A DNA stretch of 57,027 nt, filler included, from Jimgerdemannia flammicorona (taxonomy: Eukaryota): the NCBI GenBank assembly GCA_003990765.1. It is 2 parts of 2 records of this genome, joined end to end, with 100 filler letters (N's around TTAATTAATTAA, not from the genome) between each part and the next. Parts side by side here need not be neighbours in the genome. Positions count along the whole stretch, not along the records: positions 1 to 28,464 come from RBNJ01000558.1; positions 28,565 to 57,027 come from RBNJ01000559.1. One strand, 5' to 3'. Numbering within the stretch: the first letter of the stretch is position 1; every line of letters begins with the position of its first letter. Shown here in pieces: positions 26,348-40,917 of this stretch. The notes beneath the pieces were generated by a model, which saw only the letters and a list, made by a program, of their open reading frames with translations, was not told the DNA's origin and searched no databases. Position numbers and translations under genes: made by a program.

Positions 26348-26910
26348 TTTTTATTTTTATTTTTTATTTTTATTTTTTTTTTATAGTTACTTGGACTCTC
26401 ACTTTATTACTAGTCTATACCAGATATAATACAATATAGGCCCCAGCCCCCACTCACCCTGCTATCTGGCTATCCCACCCCACATGGGGCATCCCCCCCT
26501 ACCCCCTCACAGTTGAAGACCACTGACTCATTGACAACTTGAACTCTCCTCCTTACTTGAAGTATAAATCTTTTCTATAAAGTCCTCTCTTGGAGCTCCA
26601 ACCAACCACTATCCATTCAACAATTCCAGCATCAATGACTCCCACCTCAACATCTTCACCTGTAACCCCATTCTCCTCTCCTCCTCAAAAACATATAACC
26701 AGTATCCAGAAAGACCTACTCAAATAGTAAGAGTTCAACTTAATGTCTACTATTTATAATTCACTTCCCCAATCAGCTATAGTCTAAGATCATTCCAATG
26801 ATCCCTCTCTTCAGCTACAGAAGGTTCCACACCCAGCCTATCCTCAATTATCTGCCAAAAGTCAGACAGAACCTCACACTCTCCCAACCAATATTCAGGG
26901 GTCTATACTA
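26348..26910 (-). mobile_element. 5'-truncated LINE 3' end with (TAAAAA)n/poly(A) tail
   Basis: T-rich tail at 26348-26382. Minus translation TPEYWLGECEVLSDFWQII matches LINE ORF2 at 32525 (QTPEHWLGECKILGDFW). Confidence 0.75.
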
Positions 26911-28086
26911 TACTATCTGGTAGTGCAATTATATTATAACTACTTCTGTCTACTTAAACATAATAATCAAAGAGTGGAGGTCATTTAAGGAGGCCCTTTA
27001 CAAGCAGTTCAAGCCTGTTAATACTATCAAGTTAGCCAGAGATAAGCTAGTAAATGTTAAGCAACTTAAGTCTATACAAAGTTATAATATATAATTTCTA
27101 TCAATCCTACTTGAGCTGCCAGTAATAGCTGAAGATGAGAAGATAGACTGCTATATTTGAGACTTGAAAGGAAATACACAAGTCAAGGTCAAGCTAAAAG
27201 AGCCACAGATCCTTGATGAAGCTATGAGAATTACTAATAGATTTGATATTATCATCTTTAGTAACTACTTTAAACCAGAATATTACAAGAAGAACTATTT
27301 TGAGAACTGTCACAGAAACCAACCAAGAATAGTTGGTATAGTACTAATAGATCTAAACACTATGAATAAAAAGAATACCAAACTGATCTTGAAAGAAAAA
27401 AATTGTCTGAGAAATCTAGAGCTTGTTTTTTCTATTACTAAACAGGATACATTACAACCAAATATCTTAAGAAGACCAGTGAATCCTCAAAATCAGTCAC
27501 TATATTGTTCAAAGATATATCTGTCAACTCCACTACCAGTTAACCTGAACTCAAGATCAAGAAGCTCTACCTAAAGACCCAGATTCCTCAATGTCAATTA
27601 CAGAAAGCCATTGATCTTAACCTACACTCTGTCAAATAAGTCACTATTTTAGTCAAAGATTAAACTCTAGTATCTATTAGAATTGCAGTCCAATGTTCTG
27701 AAGAATATTATGACAGAATTGTACCATAATTAGAACTCAGTATTAAGCATCACTTAGATATTAGTACTGGTGTCATTGATCTAGACTATTGAGGACCAGT
27801 TTAAGTCTTACTTATCAATCAGGAGAATCAAGACTATACAGTCAAGGAAGGGGACTGAGTTGTATAAATGATACTAGAAAAAGTCAGTTAATCCAAGATT
27901 ATAGAAGTTCAAGAACTATCTGAAACTAAGTAAGACTAGAAAGGTTTTAGTAATACTGATCAAGTAGTAAGTCTTACTGAAAATTGAGCTCAAATTATAC
28001 TCATTTTCAAAGATCTAGTTTAAGGAAAAGAAGTTCAAGTACTTATAGACAGCAGAGTAGTAAGAAACTTCATCAATCAGAATCTC
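26910..28086 (+). mobile_element. Third Ty3/Gypsy relic: gag, dUTPase, start of protease
   Basis: Gag-like WRSFKEALYKQFKPVNTIKLARDKL; decayed dUTPase (GVIDLDY*GP, EGD*V, ELSETK...KGFS); LIDS..RNFI cut by an LTR at 28087. Confidence 0.75.
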
Positions 28087-28464
28087 TGTAAGAGGGTTGC
28101 TTTTTAGGGTAACTGTTACGTAGTTCTGGAAGGGTTTTCTGGAAGTTCTGGATATTCTGGAAGACTGTTTTCTTATGGTCAAGATCAATTTCGTATGGAG
28201 TACGTCCTCTACGCTTATTGATTTCAAGATCGGGTTGACGTCTCAACCAAAGTCCCTTTTTGGACTAGTTCTGGATATTCAGGATTTTCTGTATTTCAGG
28301 AAGTTCAAGAAACTAAGACCAGCTCAGTTGAATTGGTGTATCGCTGCAGACAATACCCAATTAGGAAATTTCGTGACGGGGTTAGGAGTAGGACCTAACA
28401 GGGAGCGGATTTACTTAAGAGTGGTTTGTGGGTTATGAAATAGGTTTATTCGCTATTCATGATA
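28087..28464 (-). repeat. Family-2 LTR U5/R end, inserted in the third Gypsy; cut by the gap
   Basis: Reverse complement of ~47706-48082, starting TGTAAGAGGG. Confidence 0.9.
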
Positions 28465-28564
28465 NNNNNNNNNNNNNNNNNNNNNNNNNNNNNNNNNNNN
28501 NNNNNNNNTTAATTAATTAANNNNNNNNNNNNNNNNNNNNNNNNNNNNNNNNNNNNNNNNNNNN
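28465..28564. other. Assembly gap (44 N + TTAATTAATTAA + 44 N)
   Basis: N runs flank a six-frame stop linker. Confidence 0.95.
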
Positions 28565-31500
28565 CTATATGTGGATGGTATATTTGAAGTCTGGGAACAG
28601 AACTTGGATGGTACTCCTCTTCTTATCAGATGAGGTCCTGCTGTGAGGAGCTAGGTGGCAGAGGATGTACTGATGCATGGCACCCAGCAGGTACATTTTG
28701 GAGTTCTGGACATAGCAAAAGGGGGTCAGGTAGTGGCAGTTGGTGAGGATGAGCTAGTGGATATGATGGAGGAGGAGTAGAATGAAACTGTGAGTATAGG
28801 GACAGATATCATAATATTGAGTATAGAAAGACCAGTACCTCTAGGAGGGAAAGAGGTGGGAACCCTACTATGGATGAGCCAGATGATGAGCAACTTCACA
28901 GCTGAAGAGTTGGGAGAAGTAGACCTGAGAGTAATGAGTGAGGAGCATTGGGTACAGATTCTGCATAGTGATGGGGTAGTGGAGGCACTGAAGATAGAGA
29001 TACTTGTGATTTTCCTAGAGGAGGAGAGGTATGATGTTGATAAGAAGAGAGAGGCTGAGCTAGCAATTATTGCTGGTGAGTGGGCTGTATACAGTTGGGC
29101 AGAGTATCATAGATTGCAGCTCTGGTGGAAGGCCTGCCTGAAGTATCAGGAGAAGTTTGAGGAGAAGGAGAATGGGAAGATGGCTGAACTTCTGGTTATA
29201 TTGGAGGCAAAGATGGCTACAGAGGTGGAAGTGGTCACCAAACATAACTTGGATATGGCAAAGAAGGGAATGAATGTGGATTTGTAGAAGAGAAGCAGTA
29301 CTTCTGAATATTATTTACAATAAATAGTACAACTAATATTTTTTCTCTGAATGTGAATGGGTTATAGAGCTCTAGGTAGTATAAGAATATTTTCACTTGA
29401 CTTAAGAGATTGAAGGCTGATCTCTTTCTGCTGCAGAATATGTATTACAAGGGTGATATAGATCAAGTAGAGTGGACTAAAGAATGGGGAGGAGCTATAG
29501 CTTGAATGGGCAAAGTAGCAGTTTTGATATGAAGTAGTAAAGGGGATTTGAGTAGAATCAGGAGCTGGGGAGACTATTTGGTATAGGGGGAATGGCATCA
29601 ACCAGGGTGGGAACCAGTGAGAGTTGGCTCTTACTACTGTTCTATGGCTAGGGGTGAGCAGATTGCATAGATTAAGGGTCTCTTAAAGGAGGATGTATTC
29701 TTGGAGAATGGGGTGAATATTCTAGGAAGTGACTTCAATATAGTGCAGGATCTTCAGTTAGATAGAACTGATGACAGAAGGAGTACTAGTAGAAGGAGTA
29801 GCAGCCTGGATGTTTGAGAGGAGGTAGAGAATCTTAGCTCTTTAGGAGATATGAGCAGAATACAGTGGGAAAAAAAGAGGATTTACATACACTAAGTAAA
29901 TGGACTAGATACAAGAATTGACTGGATACTGATAGCTGAATGCTGGAGCATGGATGTTTGGAGGACTCTGGAGGTAGAGTGGTGCCCATGGTCAAATCAC
30001 TGGGAATTGTTAGAACAGAGGCAGTTTGGGGGGAGTGGAGATGGACCTGGACATTGGTATCTTAACTCCTCCTTGCTGGCTGAGAAGATGTTATGGGACC
30101 CTTGGGCAGAGGACATTCAGAGAAAGATTGCTAGCTGGATACATGAGAGTTTATCAGTAGATATCTGATGAATGAAGTTGAAAGAGGTTGTGAGGGTTTA
30201 CTGGAGAGAAGCTGGTAGGGATATTGAGTGGTAGAGAAGAAAGAGAGTGAGGTATGCTTCTAATAGATTGGTCAGATTGCAGATAGAATGGACTGATTTG
30301 ATAAATTCTGAAGAGGTGGATGATTGGAGGTTAGTGTAGACTAAGCTGGAAGTAGTGGAGTTGTAACAAGTGTTGAGAGAGAAGAAGAAGATATGGATGA
30401 AAGGAATGGCAGCTAGGTTGAGATAGCAGAGGCTTGAGGAGGCTAGGTATTTGTCAAGGCTCCTTCAGACTAGAAGGGTGCAACATTGATAGGATAGAGT
30501 CTTTGATGCAGAGGGAGAAATGGTTTGTGGTATACAACAGATCTTGGGGTTGCTGAAGGAGTGGCAGAGGGGTCTATAGAGTGAGGAGGAAGGGGGAGGA
30601 AGGGGGTACTGATGCAGAGGCAATTGGAGACACTCTGGAGACTTGGGAGCTACCACAAGTGAAGGGTCTGGGAAATTTGATTCTACCAGTCTAAGAGGAG
30701 GAGATCCAGAGAGTCTTTGTGACAACTAAGCTTAGAACAGCACTAGGAGAGGATGGACTATCTTGGGACTTTTGGAAGAAGATGGCAGGAGTCTTAGGAG
30801 TGTTAGGAGAGATAGCAGTCCTCTGTGATATTGTTCTTCTGAATGGCCAGTAGATGGGAGGGCAGGACCTGGGGCTGGTGGCCCTATTGTATAAGGAAAA
30901 GGAGAGATAGAAGAATTAGAAGAACTGAAGACCAATAATGCTTCTGAATATAGACAGGAAGATGGTTACTAAGGTGATTGTAGCAAGATTACAGAAGGTT
31001 GCCCAACAGGTGTTGGGTGAGGAGTAGTAGGGTTTTATTGGAGGTAGACTTATCAGAGATGGGATGGCCTGGGTCCATAGCATCATTGAAGGGGCATGAG
31101 CTAGTGGATTGGATGAGAGACTGGTCTTTTTGGACCAGGAGAAGGTTTATGACCAGGTCCAGTAAGTATGGTTGAGCAAGGTGCTGGACAGAATAAAAGT
31201 TCTTCTGCTATTTCAAGCTTCCATATTGAATCTGTTAGAGGGCAGTAGGGTGGCACTGATGTGTAATGGTCACTGAGATCTAGTGTTTCCCTTAGAGAGA
31301 GAAGTTCCTCAGGGGGATCCACTGTCTCCTATTTTATATACTCTTTTACTAGAACTTTTGATGGATAGAATTCAGTAGAAGGTAACAGAGCTCTCTATTT
31401 ATGGTGTGGTGTGGAAGGTGGGAGTCTTTGCAGATGACATGATGGTTGGACTCAGATTAGTGGCAGATATTGAGACTCTTAAAGAGACAGTAGAATGGTA

Positions 31501-32851
31501 TAAGGTACACTCTGAAGCAAAACTCAACTGGCATAAGTGTGAGACAATGGTGTTGGAAAATAAATTAGTAGGAGGAGATGTCATTGGAACAATTGTCTCT
31601 ACAGGAGAGGTGGTGAGATATCTGGGTATCTTCTTTTCAGTATATGGATCTGTCTTATTATGGGTATAGTGGAAGAGGAGAGTGGCTATCTGGGGAGAGG
31701 CACTTAGAGGCTGGGGAGGTTACCACATCTCTCTGGCAGATTGGGTGTCAATTCTGAATATCTATTAGTTGCCTAAGCTATAGTATATAGCCTATCACTT
31801 GGACTTCTCTGCTTGAGTGGTGAAGAGACTGATGAAATTAGTTAGGGATTGGATTTGAGCTGGGAGGTAGTCCTAGATCAGTTGGAATATCCTTTTAATA
31901 TCAGTAGTTTAAGGGGGGCTAGGACTGGTGGACTTTCCTAAGAGACTATACTGCCTGAGAGCTTGGTGGTTGAAGCAGACTGTGGAACTGAGGGGAGGGA
32001 GATGGGTGCCACTGATACAGAAGGTGTGGGAGATGAGATTCTCCCAAAGAGAGTTCTCAGGGGATTTGCTATCTCTGGTAGGCCTGGGTAGAAGCTGTCA
32101 GCTAAGATATAAAGGCTTCTGGTGGGGGATAATAGATAGAGTACACCATATAGGCTTATACTGATATAGTAATAAAGAGAGGATACTGTGGGGACCAGCT
32201 ATATAGAGATGAGATAGACTACTTTTAGGAGATACTCCACTTATTGAGTTTGATATTGAGGATGGAGTAGAGTGTCAGCAGGGACTTGGTCAGGATCTTT
32301 GGCCTAGAAGTTGACAAGCAGTGAGGATTGGTGAGAAGTAGGATTGAGCAGGAGTCTGGGCATGGAGTACTGAGGTGCAAAGGTGGCTTCCTCCCAAGTT
32401 CTGGGTAGTATAGTGGCAGATACTACAGAGGAATATTATGTTGAATTTTCATGCTAGACATCTGGTGGATGGTGGACTACTGGAATGTGAGAAGTACTAT
32501 AATGTAGGATAAGTTGGGGGATTTGTGCAGACTCCAGAACATTGGCTGGGAGAGTGCAAGATTCTGGGGGATTTTTGGATAGTGGTATGGGACTGGCTAG
32601 GTGTGAAGAGGAGACCAGATAGAGAGAGAGGTCACTGGGAAGATTTGAGAACTAGGTTGGTGGGAGGTATAGGCAATGAATGGCTTACTGTAGGGTGGAT
32701 TTTAGCTATATAGGTAGGGCTGGCTGGACATTAGCTCTTTGTTTTTGAGGAGGAATGTTAGCTGAGTTTGCAGAAGAGGTTGTTGAGATGAGAGAGATTG
32801 GTGAGGGATTTGCTGACAGAGTGGTGAGTTAGATGGGGTCCCCAGAGTAAG
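28565..32851 (+). mobile_element. Decayed L1/Tx1-like LINE: ORF1 3' part (to 29287) and ORF2 APE-RT-CCHC
   Basis: SLNVNGL, ADLFLLQ, SDFN, TRIDWIL, RPIMLLNIDRK, LDQEKVYD, PQGDPLSP, FADD, YLG, QTPEHWLGEC. 3' end interrupted by an LTR. Confidence 0.9.
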
Positions 32852-34853
32852 TGTAAGAGGGTTACTTATTAGAGTAATTATTACATAGTTCTGGAAGAGT
32901 TTTCTGGAAGTTCTAGATGTTCAGAAAGATCATTTTCTTATGGTCAAGATCAATTTCATATGGAGTACATCCTCTATGCTTATTGATTTCAAGATTAGAT
33001 TGATATCTCAACCAAAGTCCTTTTTCAGACTAGTTCTGGATATTCAGGATTTTTTGTATTTCAGGAAGTTCAAGAAACTAAGACCAGCTTAGTTGAATTG
33101 GCATATCACTGCAGACAATACCCAATTAGGAAATTTCATGACAGGGTTAGGAGTAGGATCTAATAGAGAGTAGTTTTACTTAAGAGTGGTTTATAGATTA
33201 TTAAATAGGTTTATTTGCTATTCATGATATTGCTATACTAGGAGTAGTTGTGTGAAGGGGTATTGTGGGGAAGTGTTCAGGAATGTTCTTGTATATTCAA
33301 GTCTGTTTGCATCTGAGATTCTGAGGTCTGGGAGAGGGGGTATTTATACTAGTGAGAAGCTATCTGGACTATGCTAAATATGAGTGTAGTACTTAGTATC
33401 TTGCTGAGTCAGTTCACAGTCATATCATATAAGGCTAATCTAACTATACTATGACTGCTAGTCTATTTATAAGTTTAGATGCTATCTGGGTAGTCTTCAA
33501 TGATATTATCTCTGATAAAGTAGTTGTCTAGAAAGAGTTATTTGCAGATTAATTCTCTCTATTCACTGAGGTAATAATATATTGAGACTTCATCTCTATC
33601 TCACAGAATAATATCATCTGTCTCATATGCTGGATAAGGTGTTAGTGGGTGAAGGAGGGATGTATTGTCTTTACTTTCATCAGATTCGCTGTCTGTATAC
33701 CTTCTATAAGTTATGGCACTATAAGTTACTGGATTGTAGTAAGCTGGTGGCTGTGGTTCATGTTGCTCATACTCAGGTAGTAGAGTTGTTGATTCGATCT
33801 CGAGAGTTGTCTGGAGGTACAGATTATATTCTCCAGTCTCTTCATTATAGTTAAAATAATCAGAAGTGAATGTGGGTTGGTACTCATACTAGTGGTCATT
33901 GTCTCAATAAGTCTCATAGATGGTTATGAACTATTGTAAGTTCATTGGCAAGGTTGGCAGAGTGATCAGAGTTGGTAGGGATCCTTGGCTGGAGGTCATA
34001 TCAGCATCAGAGAGATCATTGTCTTCTGCCTCATCTTCATCAAATTGGATTATATCATAGATATTCTTCATAGTATATCTAACTTGGGGTATCTGTAGGA
34101 TATGGTCATTGGGGTGTGGGAAGATTCTGTCTGTAGTCTGAATATACTCAATATACTTGTGGTTGAGTTCTTATATCATGTCATCAATTTGGCCATAGAA
34201 TAGAGTAGTAATCATTTCAGTAGTAGTAACTTAGAGATGGAAGATAACAGTACTATACTTATAGAAGAGTTCTTGATGTTTATAGGCAATGAGTTTCTAG
34301 TGTTGAGACATCTGGGTAATATCTATATTGTAGTGGTGTTTGACCATATCTTCTAGGAGGTAGCTGATTTGGTAGTAGCTTGAGATTTGTCTGATTTGGT
34401 AAGCTTCACTAAGCATGTTCAGGATATTCCATCAGACTTCCACAAAGTAGAGGGGTGCTAAGCTATGGATATTTATGAGAGGCAGAAAAAGTGTAGCTCA
34501 GTTGATAATGGCATTCCAAATATCAGCACAGATGCAGTTGTAGATCTCAGTGGTCATGTTTGTATATGTTCAGGAGTTGAAGTTATTTATTTAGTTTGTT
34601 TTAGTTCTCTGTTTCAACATATCTCAATGCTTGGTATATATGCATTTGGTCCTGATTGGTAAGATTCTGTTTATGTAAATCTTATATTTTGTGACTTTAT
34701 ATTGACTCAGCTTTGTATGCTATAACTTTAGTTTGACTCAGCTTTATAATCCTATATGTAATTTCTGGATTTGTTCAAACATCACATGTGATTTCAGTGG
34801 CTTGTTTAGAGGGTGACATGTAATTTCAGTGGCTTGGAGGTTGTATATTTACA
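32852..34853 (-). repeat. Family-2 3' LTR (2002 bp) containing the U3 ORF at 33475-34557
   Basis: TGTAAG...TTACA termini; reverse complement of 45986-48082; PPT at 34855-34866. Confidence 0.92.
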
Positions 34854-37800
34854 ACTCTTCCCTTCTTAGCTTTTGATGTCCTCATTGGGGCCTTCTAATT
34901 TTGTTCTAGTGTTGTTATACTATTTGAGAGATCAAAAGTCTGATAAAGTCCATTTTTCGTAGAAAGTAGCATGCTCATAGTACAGTTACCTAATACATTG
35001 GATTCACACATTAAAGAGTCATATATTCAATACCATATGCCAGAAGTGATTCTGATATTATTCACTGCTGGAGAATTTCCTCTAAGAAATCTTCTTAAAT
35101 ATCTATACCTCATTTTCCATCAGTAGTATAGAGAGAATAGGCTTGCTTTCAGTTTTGCTATTTTTTCCAGAGGGTTGGTATTCTTTTGTCTTGACTTACT
35201 GAGTTCTTGATTTTGTTCATAATAATTATAATGTTTGAGAGGATAATATATAGTATATACTGATAGGTGCAGGGTATTTGGTTTTAGTTGTCTAAGGAAT
35301 CATATTCCTGAACTAGGTCAGTGGTATTCTGGAGATTGGTCTTGGGTTCTCAGGTTGTATCATAGATTAGGTAACCTTTCTATTTGACAAGATACTCTAG
35401 GTAGTTCTTGTGGTCACATTTGTTGAGGATTTATTTAACTTCATATTCTTCTTAACCATTAATAATGACAGGTATAGGTGGTTCTGTAGTTTGGTTTGAG
35501 AATAGCTTTTCATCATTTTCATTATATCACTTGAGACATTGGACATTAAAGACTGGGTAGATCTTAATGATATTTGGTAACACCAATTTGTAAGAAATAG
35601 GAAAGACTTGTGCAATAACTTCAAATGGTCCAATAAACTTACTGTTTAGCTTTGTAGATGGTCTGTACTTGAGGTTGTCAACTTGGTATCCTCAGATGTC
35701 CAGTAGAACTTTTTCTTCAATGTCAAAATTTTCCTCTCAGTGGTGCTGGTTAATATACTGTAACTGTTGTTCTTGAGCTCATAATAAATTCTCAATTGTG
35801 ATCTGGCTTAGATTGTATATTTAGAGCAGGAATTATTCAACAGCTTCAACAGTAGAGAGTTTGTCAGTGGTTTGGATAAGTATCAGAGAGGTGTTTGGGT
35901 TTTGTCCAGTATTGGTGAAGAATGGGGTCATTCCAAGAAAGGCTTGCTTGTTATTATTGTAGGCAAACTTGACTATAGTGAAGTGTTTATGCCAATCATC
36001 TTGCCTGTAGGAAACATAGTTCCTTAGTATTTGTTCCAGAGTTCAGTTCATTCTTTCAGTTTGGTCATCAGTTTTAGGGTAAAATACTATGGATAGTACA
36101 AGTTTTGTTCCAAGGTATGTATGGAGGGCTTTCCAAAAATGGCTGGTGAATTTTGGGTCTCAGTTACTAACAATGATCTTAGGAAGACCATGATAGCAGA
36201 AGATGTTGTCAAACAAGAGTGTGGCTATATCTGGTGCTGTTGCAGTAGTAGTAGTTGACACAAAGTGGGCTTATTTGCTGAGATAGTCTATGAAGACAAT
36301 AATTGCATTTTTCCCATTCTTGGTTCAGGATAGTTATACAATGAAGTCTATAGAGATTTGTTCCCAATTAGCAGATAGTACTGGGATGGGGTGGAGTAGG
36401 CTAGGTTTTGCTAGTGTTGAGGACTTGTTACATTGGCAAGCATCACAGGAAGTAATATAGGTCTTGAGCTGATCTGCCATATAGGGCCAATAGAAGTTTC
36501 AAGAGATAATTTCATAGCATTTGTCAAATCCTAAATGTCCAGCTATAGGAGTATCATGATATTCAAATAGGATAGTTCTTTGAAGGTCTCAGTTGTTTGG
36601 AACATACAATCTGTCCTTGTAGTAGATAGCATTGTCTTTTAGTTAGTATTGATGATACTGGGTGTACTTATCAGTATCATCACTGCTTAGAATTTCTCAG
36701 AGTACTTGAGCTTTCTTATTATTAGCACATACTGTGATAATTTGTTCTATGATAGAATTTGTAACCAAGGTGAGAATTTGGATAACTTTTTCAATTTGTG
36801 GTCTGGAGATTACATTAACAATAATATTTTCCTTGTCAGAGCAATACTGGATTTCATAGTCAAAGTTGGTGAGAACTTTCATCTATCTGGCTTGTTTTCA
36901 GGAAAGAGTAGCCTGGATCTTGATGTTGACTAATGACTTGTGGTCAGTCAATATGGTAAAGTATGCTCCTTCTAGATATGGTCACTATTTGATCAAAGTG
37001 TCCATGATGGCTAACATTTTCTTCTCATGAGTTATATAGTTGATTTCAACATTGTTGACCTTGTGAGAGTGATAGGCCACAGGGTGTCCTTCTTGCATAA
37101 GTACTGCTCTAAGGGCTAGGTCAGAGGCATTAGTAGTAACTTTATATGATAGGGCAGGGTTTACTGCTTAAAGTACTGGAGTGGTTATCAAGGTATCTTT
37201 TAGTGCTTAAAAGGCTGTATCTTGTTCAGATCTCTAATTTACAAGATTGTTGAAGTCTTTTTCTTATTTTATGGTCCAGAGCTGTTCTTCTTTCTTACTA
37301 TACTTGGTCATTTGAGAAAGAGCAGTAGCAATCTTGACAAAGTTGGTAATAAATCATCTGTAATAGTTTGCTAATCTCAGAAATGACTGGAGGTCTTTCA
37401 GCTTCTTGGGTCTGGACTAATCCTTGATTGTGGAGATTTTGCTAGGGTCTACTTTGATTTCATTAAGAGTGACTATATGTCCAAGGAATTGGATTTCCTT
37501 CAGAAAGAATTCACATTTGCTAAGTTTTGCAAAGAGTTGGTTTTCTCAGAGTTTCAGTAGTACTAGTTTAAGGTGTTTGAAATATTCCTCCAGGGTTTTG
37601 CTGAAGACTAGTATATCATCAATATAAACAATAACAAATTTGTCCAGGTATAGGTATAGGATAGTATTCATCAGGGTCTGGAAGGTTGCTAGAGCATTAG
37701 TTAAACCAAAGGGCATAATCAGGAACTCAAAGTATCCATAGTGAGTTTGGAAGACTGTCTTGTAGATGTCTTCTTCTTTTATGGCAATTTGCCAGTACCT

Positions 37801-40800
37801 ATTTTATAGTTCAAAAGAGCTCATGAATTGCAAGTTGGTAAGCCTATCAAATATTTCATCAATTCTGGATAGTGGGTAATAGTTCTTGATGGTCTGTTCA
37901 TTGAGGTCATGGTAATCAATATATATTCATAGGTCTCCTCCTTTCTTTACAACAAAGAGGACTGGGTGATATATTGGATCTGATGAATCCTTATTCTAGG
38001 AGTTTGTCAATTTCTTTCTTGAGTGCATCAATTTCTCTCAGAGATATATAGTAGATTGACTTAAAGGCTGGCTTGGCATCTGGGATGGTCTTGATGGTAT
38101 AGTCTACTGCTCATTTAGGAGGTAGGCCTTTCAGGAGTTTCTTCAGGAATATGTCTCAGAATTTCTAAAGTAGGGGTCTAATATGGCTGTTAACTTTGGA
38201 AAAGTCTTCTTCAGAGTTCTTAGGTTCTCCTTTGGATGGGCAGATAGAGATGGCAAAGAGAGGGCATTTCTTGGCCAATTTCTTGAGTTTTAGCTTGTTG
38301 ATGTGGGTGATCTTTGATCCAGGATTATTGGAACTAAGTGGGTCCTTTTCACCTTACAGTTTGAAGTTGTGATGTTCTTTCTTAATGGTCAGAGAATGGT
38401 TTACCCAATTGATCATAGGGTTCTCTTATTTTAACCATAAGGTTCCAAGGATGATTTCATTATCAGGAAGTGGTATGATCTGGAGGATAATATATACTTA
38501 GTAGTCACTAATTCAGAAGAGCAGATTGCAGACTTCCTTGCTAATGACATGAGAGGTTTCATCAGCTGTAGCAACTGCTTGAGTTTGTTGCACTGGAGAT
38601 GTCAGGACCTTGAGTCTGTTGGCTGTTTCTTCATTGATGAAGTTGCCTGAGGTACTACTGTCTATCCTAATCTTGACAGATGCTCAGTTGACAAAAACTT
38701 GAAGTGTAAGCAGTTTGTCTGATCTAATGGTAGTGATTTCAGTTGTAAGAGCTTTCCTTCTGATAGTTCTTCTTTGAGCTAGTTCATTGACACAAGAGAA
38801 GCAATCATCAATTATTCAGGAAGAGTACATTCTAATACCATAGGGGTATCAGCCACTGGGTACATATCTGTCTTTGATTTTCTTGTAGAATTATTCTTCC
38901 TTATTCATGGTAGGTTGGGCTGGAGCCTTGTTTGATGAGCCAAATCCTTTGGATCCTTGGATAGTGGGTAGTAGTTCAGAGACTTTCTTAACTATCAGAG
39001 TTGACTTGATTTTTTCAAATAGGATCTGGGCAATACAGAAACTGATGGAGATCTTGAAGAATATCCAACTGTGATTTCAGATGAGGACAATAATTTTACC
39101 TGTGTAATCTTCATCAATAACTCCTCCTTCTACTGAGAGTCCTTTTAATGTTAGGCTGCTGCAATAGCATATTCTTCCAATATGTCCTTCAGGGATTTGG
39201 ATGCTGATTCCTGTATAGACTTGCTTGACTTCTTGATTAGAAACTGTAGCTTCTTTGGCTACATATAGGTCATATCCAGCTGCCTTTTGACTTCCTTTGG
39301 TTGGGGCCTTGGCAGTTTACCTTAACTTGACAAAGTCCAGTGTTCTGGTAGTCAGGTTATTGAGGTAGTGCAGAGTAGTAATAGTTGCTCATATTGCTGT
39401 TCAGGGTTTTCAGTTGAGGCAGGCACTGGCTATGTATTCTGTCTTTCAGCAATAGAAGCATGCTCCACTTCTTTGAAGTTCATTCCTTTCTCCTTCAGTG
39501 AGTTTCTTGAAGGTACTCAGCTGGGTGGATTCATGATTTCGGAGTGTCCAAGAGGTAGATGTAGAGGGAGCTTGAGATGCTTTATACTTGGGTTCTTCTT
39601 TCTTAGTCTAAGTCTTTTTCTGGTTATTGAATTGTCTTCAGGGCAGAATTGGTCCAGCTATCAGAATTTGCTTGACCATAGTCTTGATTCTTGCCAGGCA
39701 CCATTGTTGGTAATCATAACCAACTGGGCATCCTTGTTCTTAAATTTTCCTTGTAAGCCATTCAGGTAGTATATCAAATAAGTGGTCTGCTCTTGTACCA
39801 TTTCATGTTTTATCATTGGCAATATATTCTAGGCCAACAGTGTTCAGAAGTGACTCAAGTTTTGTACAGAAGGTTTCAAATTTCTCCTTGCTATGTATAT
39901 ATATCAAATTTGAGGTTGCAGAGTTTAACTCAAGATTTGGTGATCATAGTTTCACTGTAGTATTGTACAATTATGAGTTATTTCAGTCCAGAGGCTGCAG
40001 GATGGGCTCTATATTCTGAGGTATTGTTTGCTACATTTTGGACAACTACTGCAGATTGAGTATTCCATGTGTGGGGGTTTTCAGGAAGGGTTTGTCACCA
40101 TTCTTCAGTGGGTCCTCAGAAGAATGTAACAACTCAACAGACATAGGCTGTAGTAGTAGCAAAGAGTTATTCCAGAGTATAGTCTTGATTGTTTATCAGA
40201 AGGCAGTCAGCAACTTACTCATTGGTCCATTGATTGGCTTCAAAGTTAGTACTAACTATACTAATAAAGCTTTAGACTTCTTGTGCAGTACCATTGAAGA
40301 TAGGTAGGCTCAGATTTTTGGTAGGTCAGGCCTGTTCAGCTAAGGCAGTAATGGTTGCTACTATTATTGCTACCTAGGCTATAAGGTCTAGAATCTGTTA
40401 GTTTGCCATATTGTTTACTAGAGGTAGTTAGACTGCTGATAGTAGTGTTACCAGTACTACTTGAGGTACTGGTGCAGAATGTGAGGGTGTTCTTTGAGTC
40501 TGTGTAAGTTGCTATAGTAGTAGTTATAGATCTGGAGTAAGAGCTTGATAAATAGCTATTTGTTGCTGTATAGGTGTGTTCTGTCCTGATGGAGGTATAT
40601 CTCCTTTGGTAGTATATCTGAGATCGAATTCACTGAGATACTCCTCCTCCTCTTCAGCTTGGTCCCTATATAGTTGGGTTTGCTCAGCATCAAAGTAGAC
40701 AGAGTCAGTTATATATCTGATTTCAGATAGACTTAATTCAAAGTCAAGTTCTGGTTCAGTATTGGTTTCAGGTTTAGGTAGAGCTGTAGCAGAGCCTACT

Positions 40801-40917
40801 TCTGATTCAGGATCAGGTTGTTGATAAAGGGTTTCTCTTACTTCTTCCTTAAGAATATAGTGGGCCTTGCTATTCTGGAATCAGTAGTATAATGCTGTCT
40901 TGGTCCTGATATAGTGA
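32852..40917 (-). mobile_element. Family-2 chromovirus, heavily mutated, inserted in the LINE and interrupted in its leader
   Basis: Collinear with 48535-56675 in reverse; gag ATG at 40409, pol stop at 35284. Confidence 0.93.

Noticed and set aside
28509..28520. TTAATTAATTAA palindrome
   Set aside because: Centred in the N run; a synthetic six-frame stop linker.
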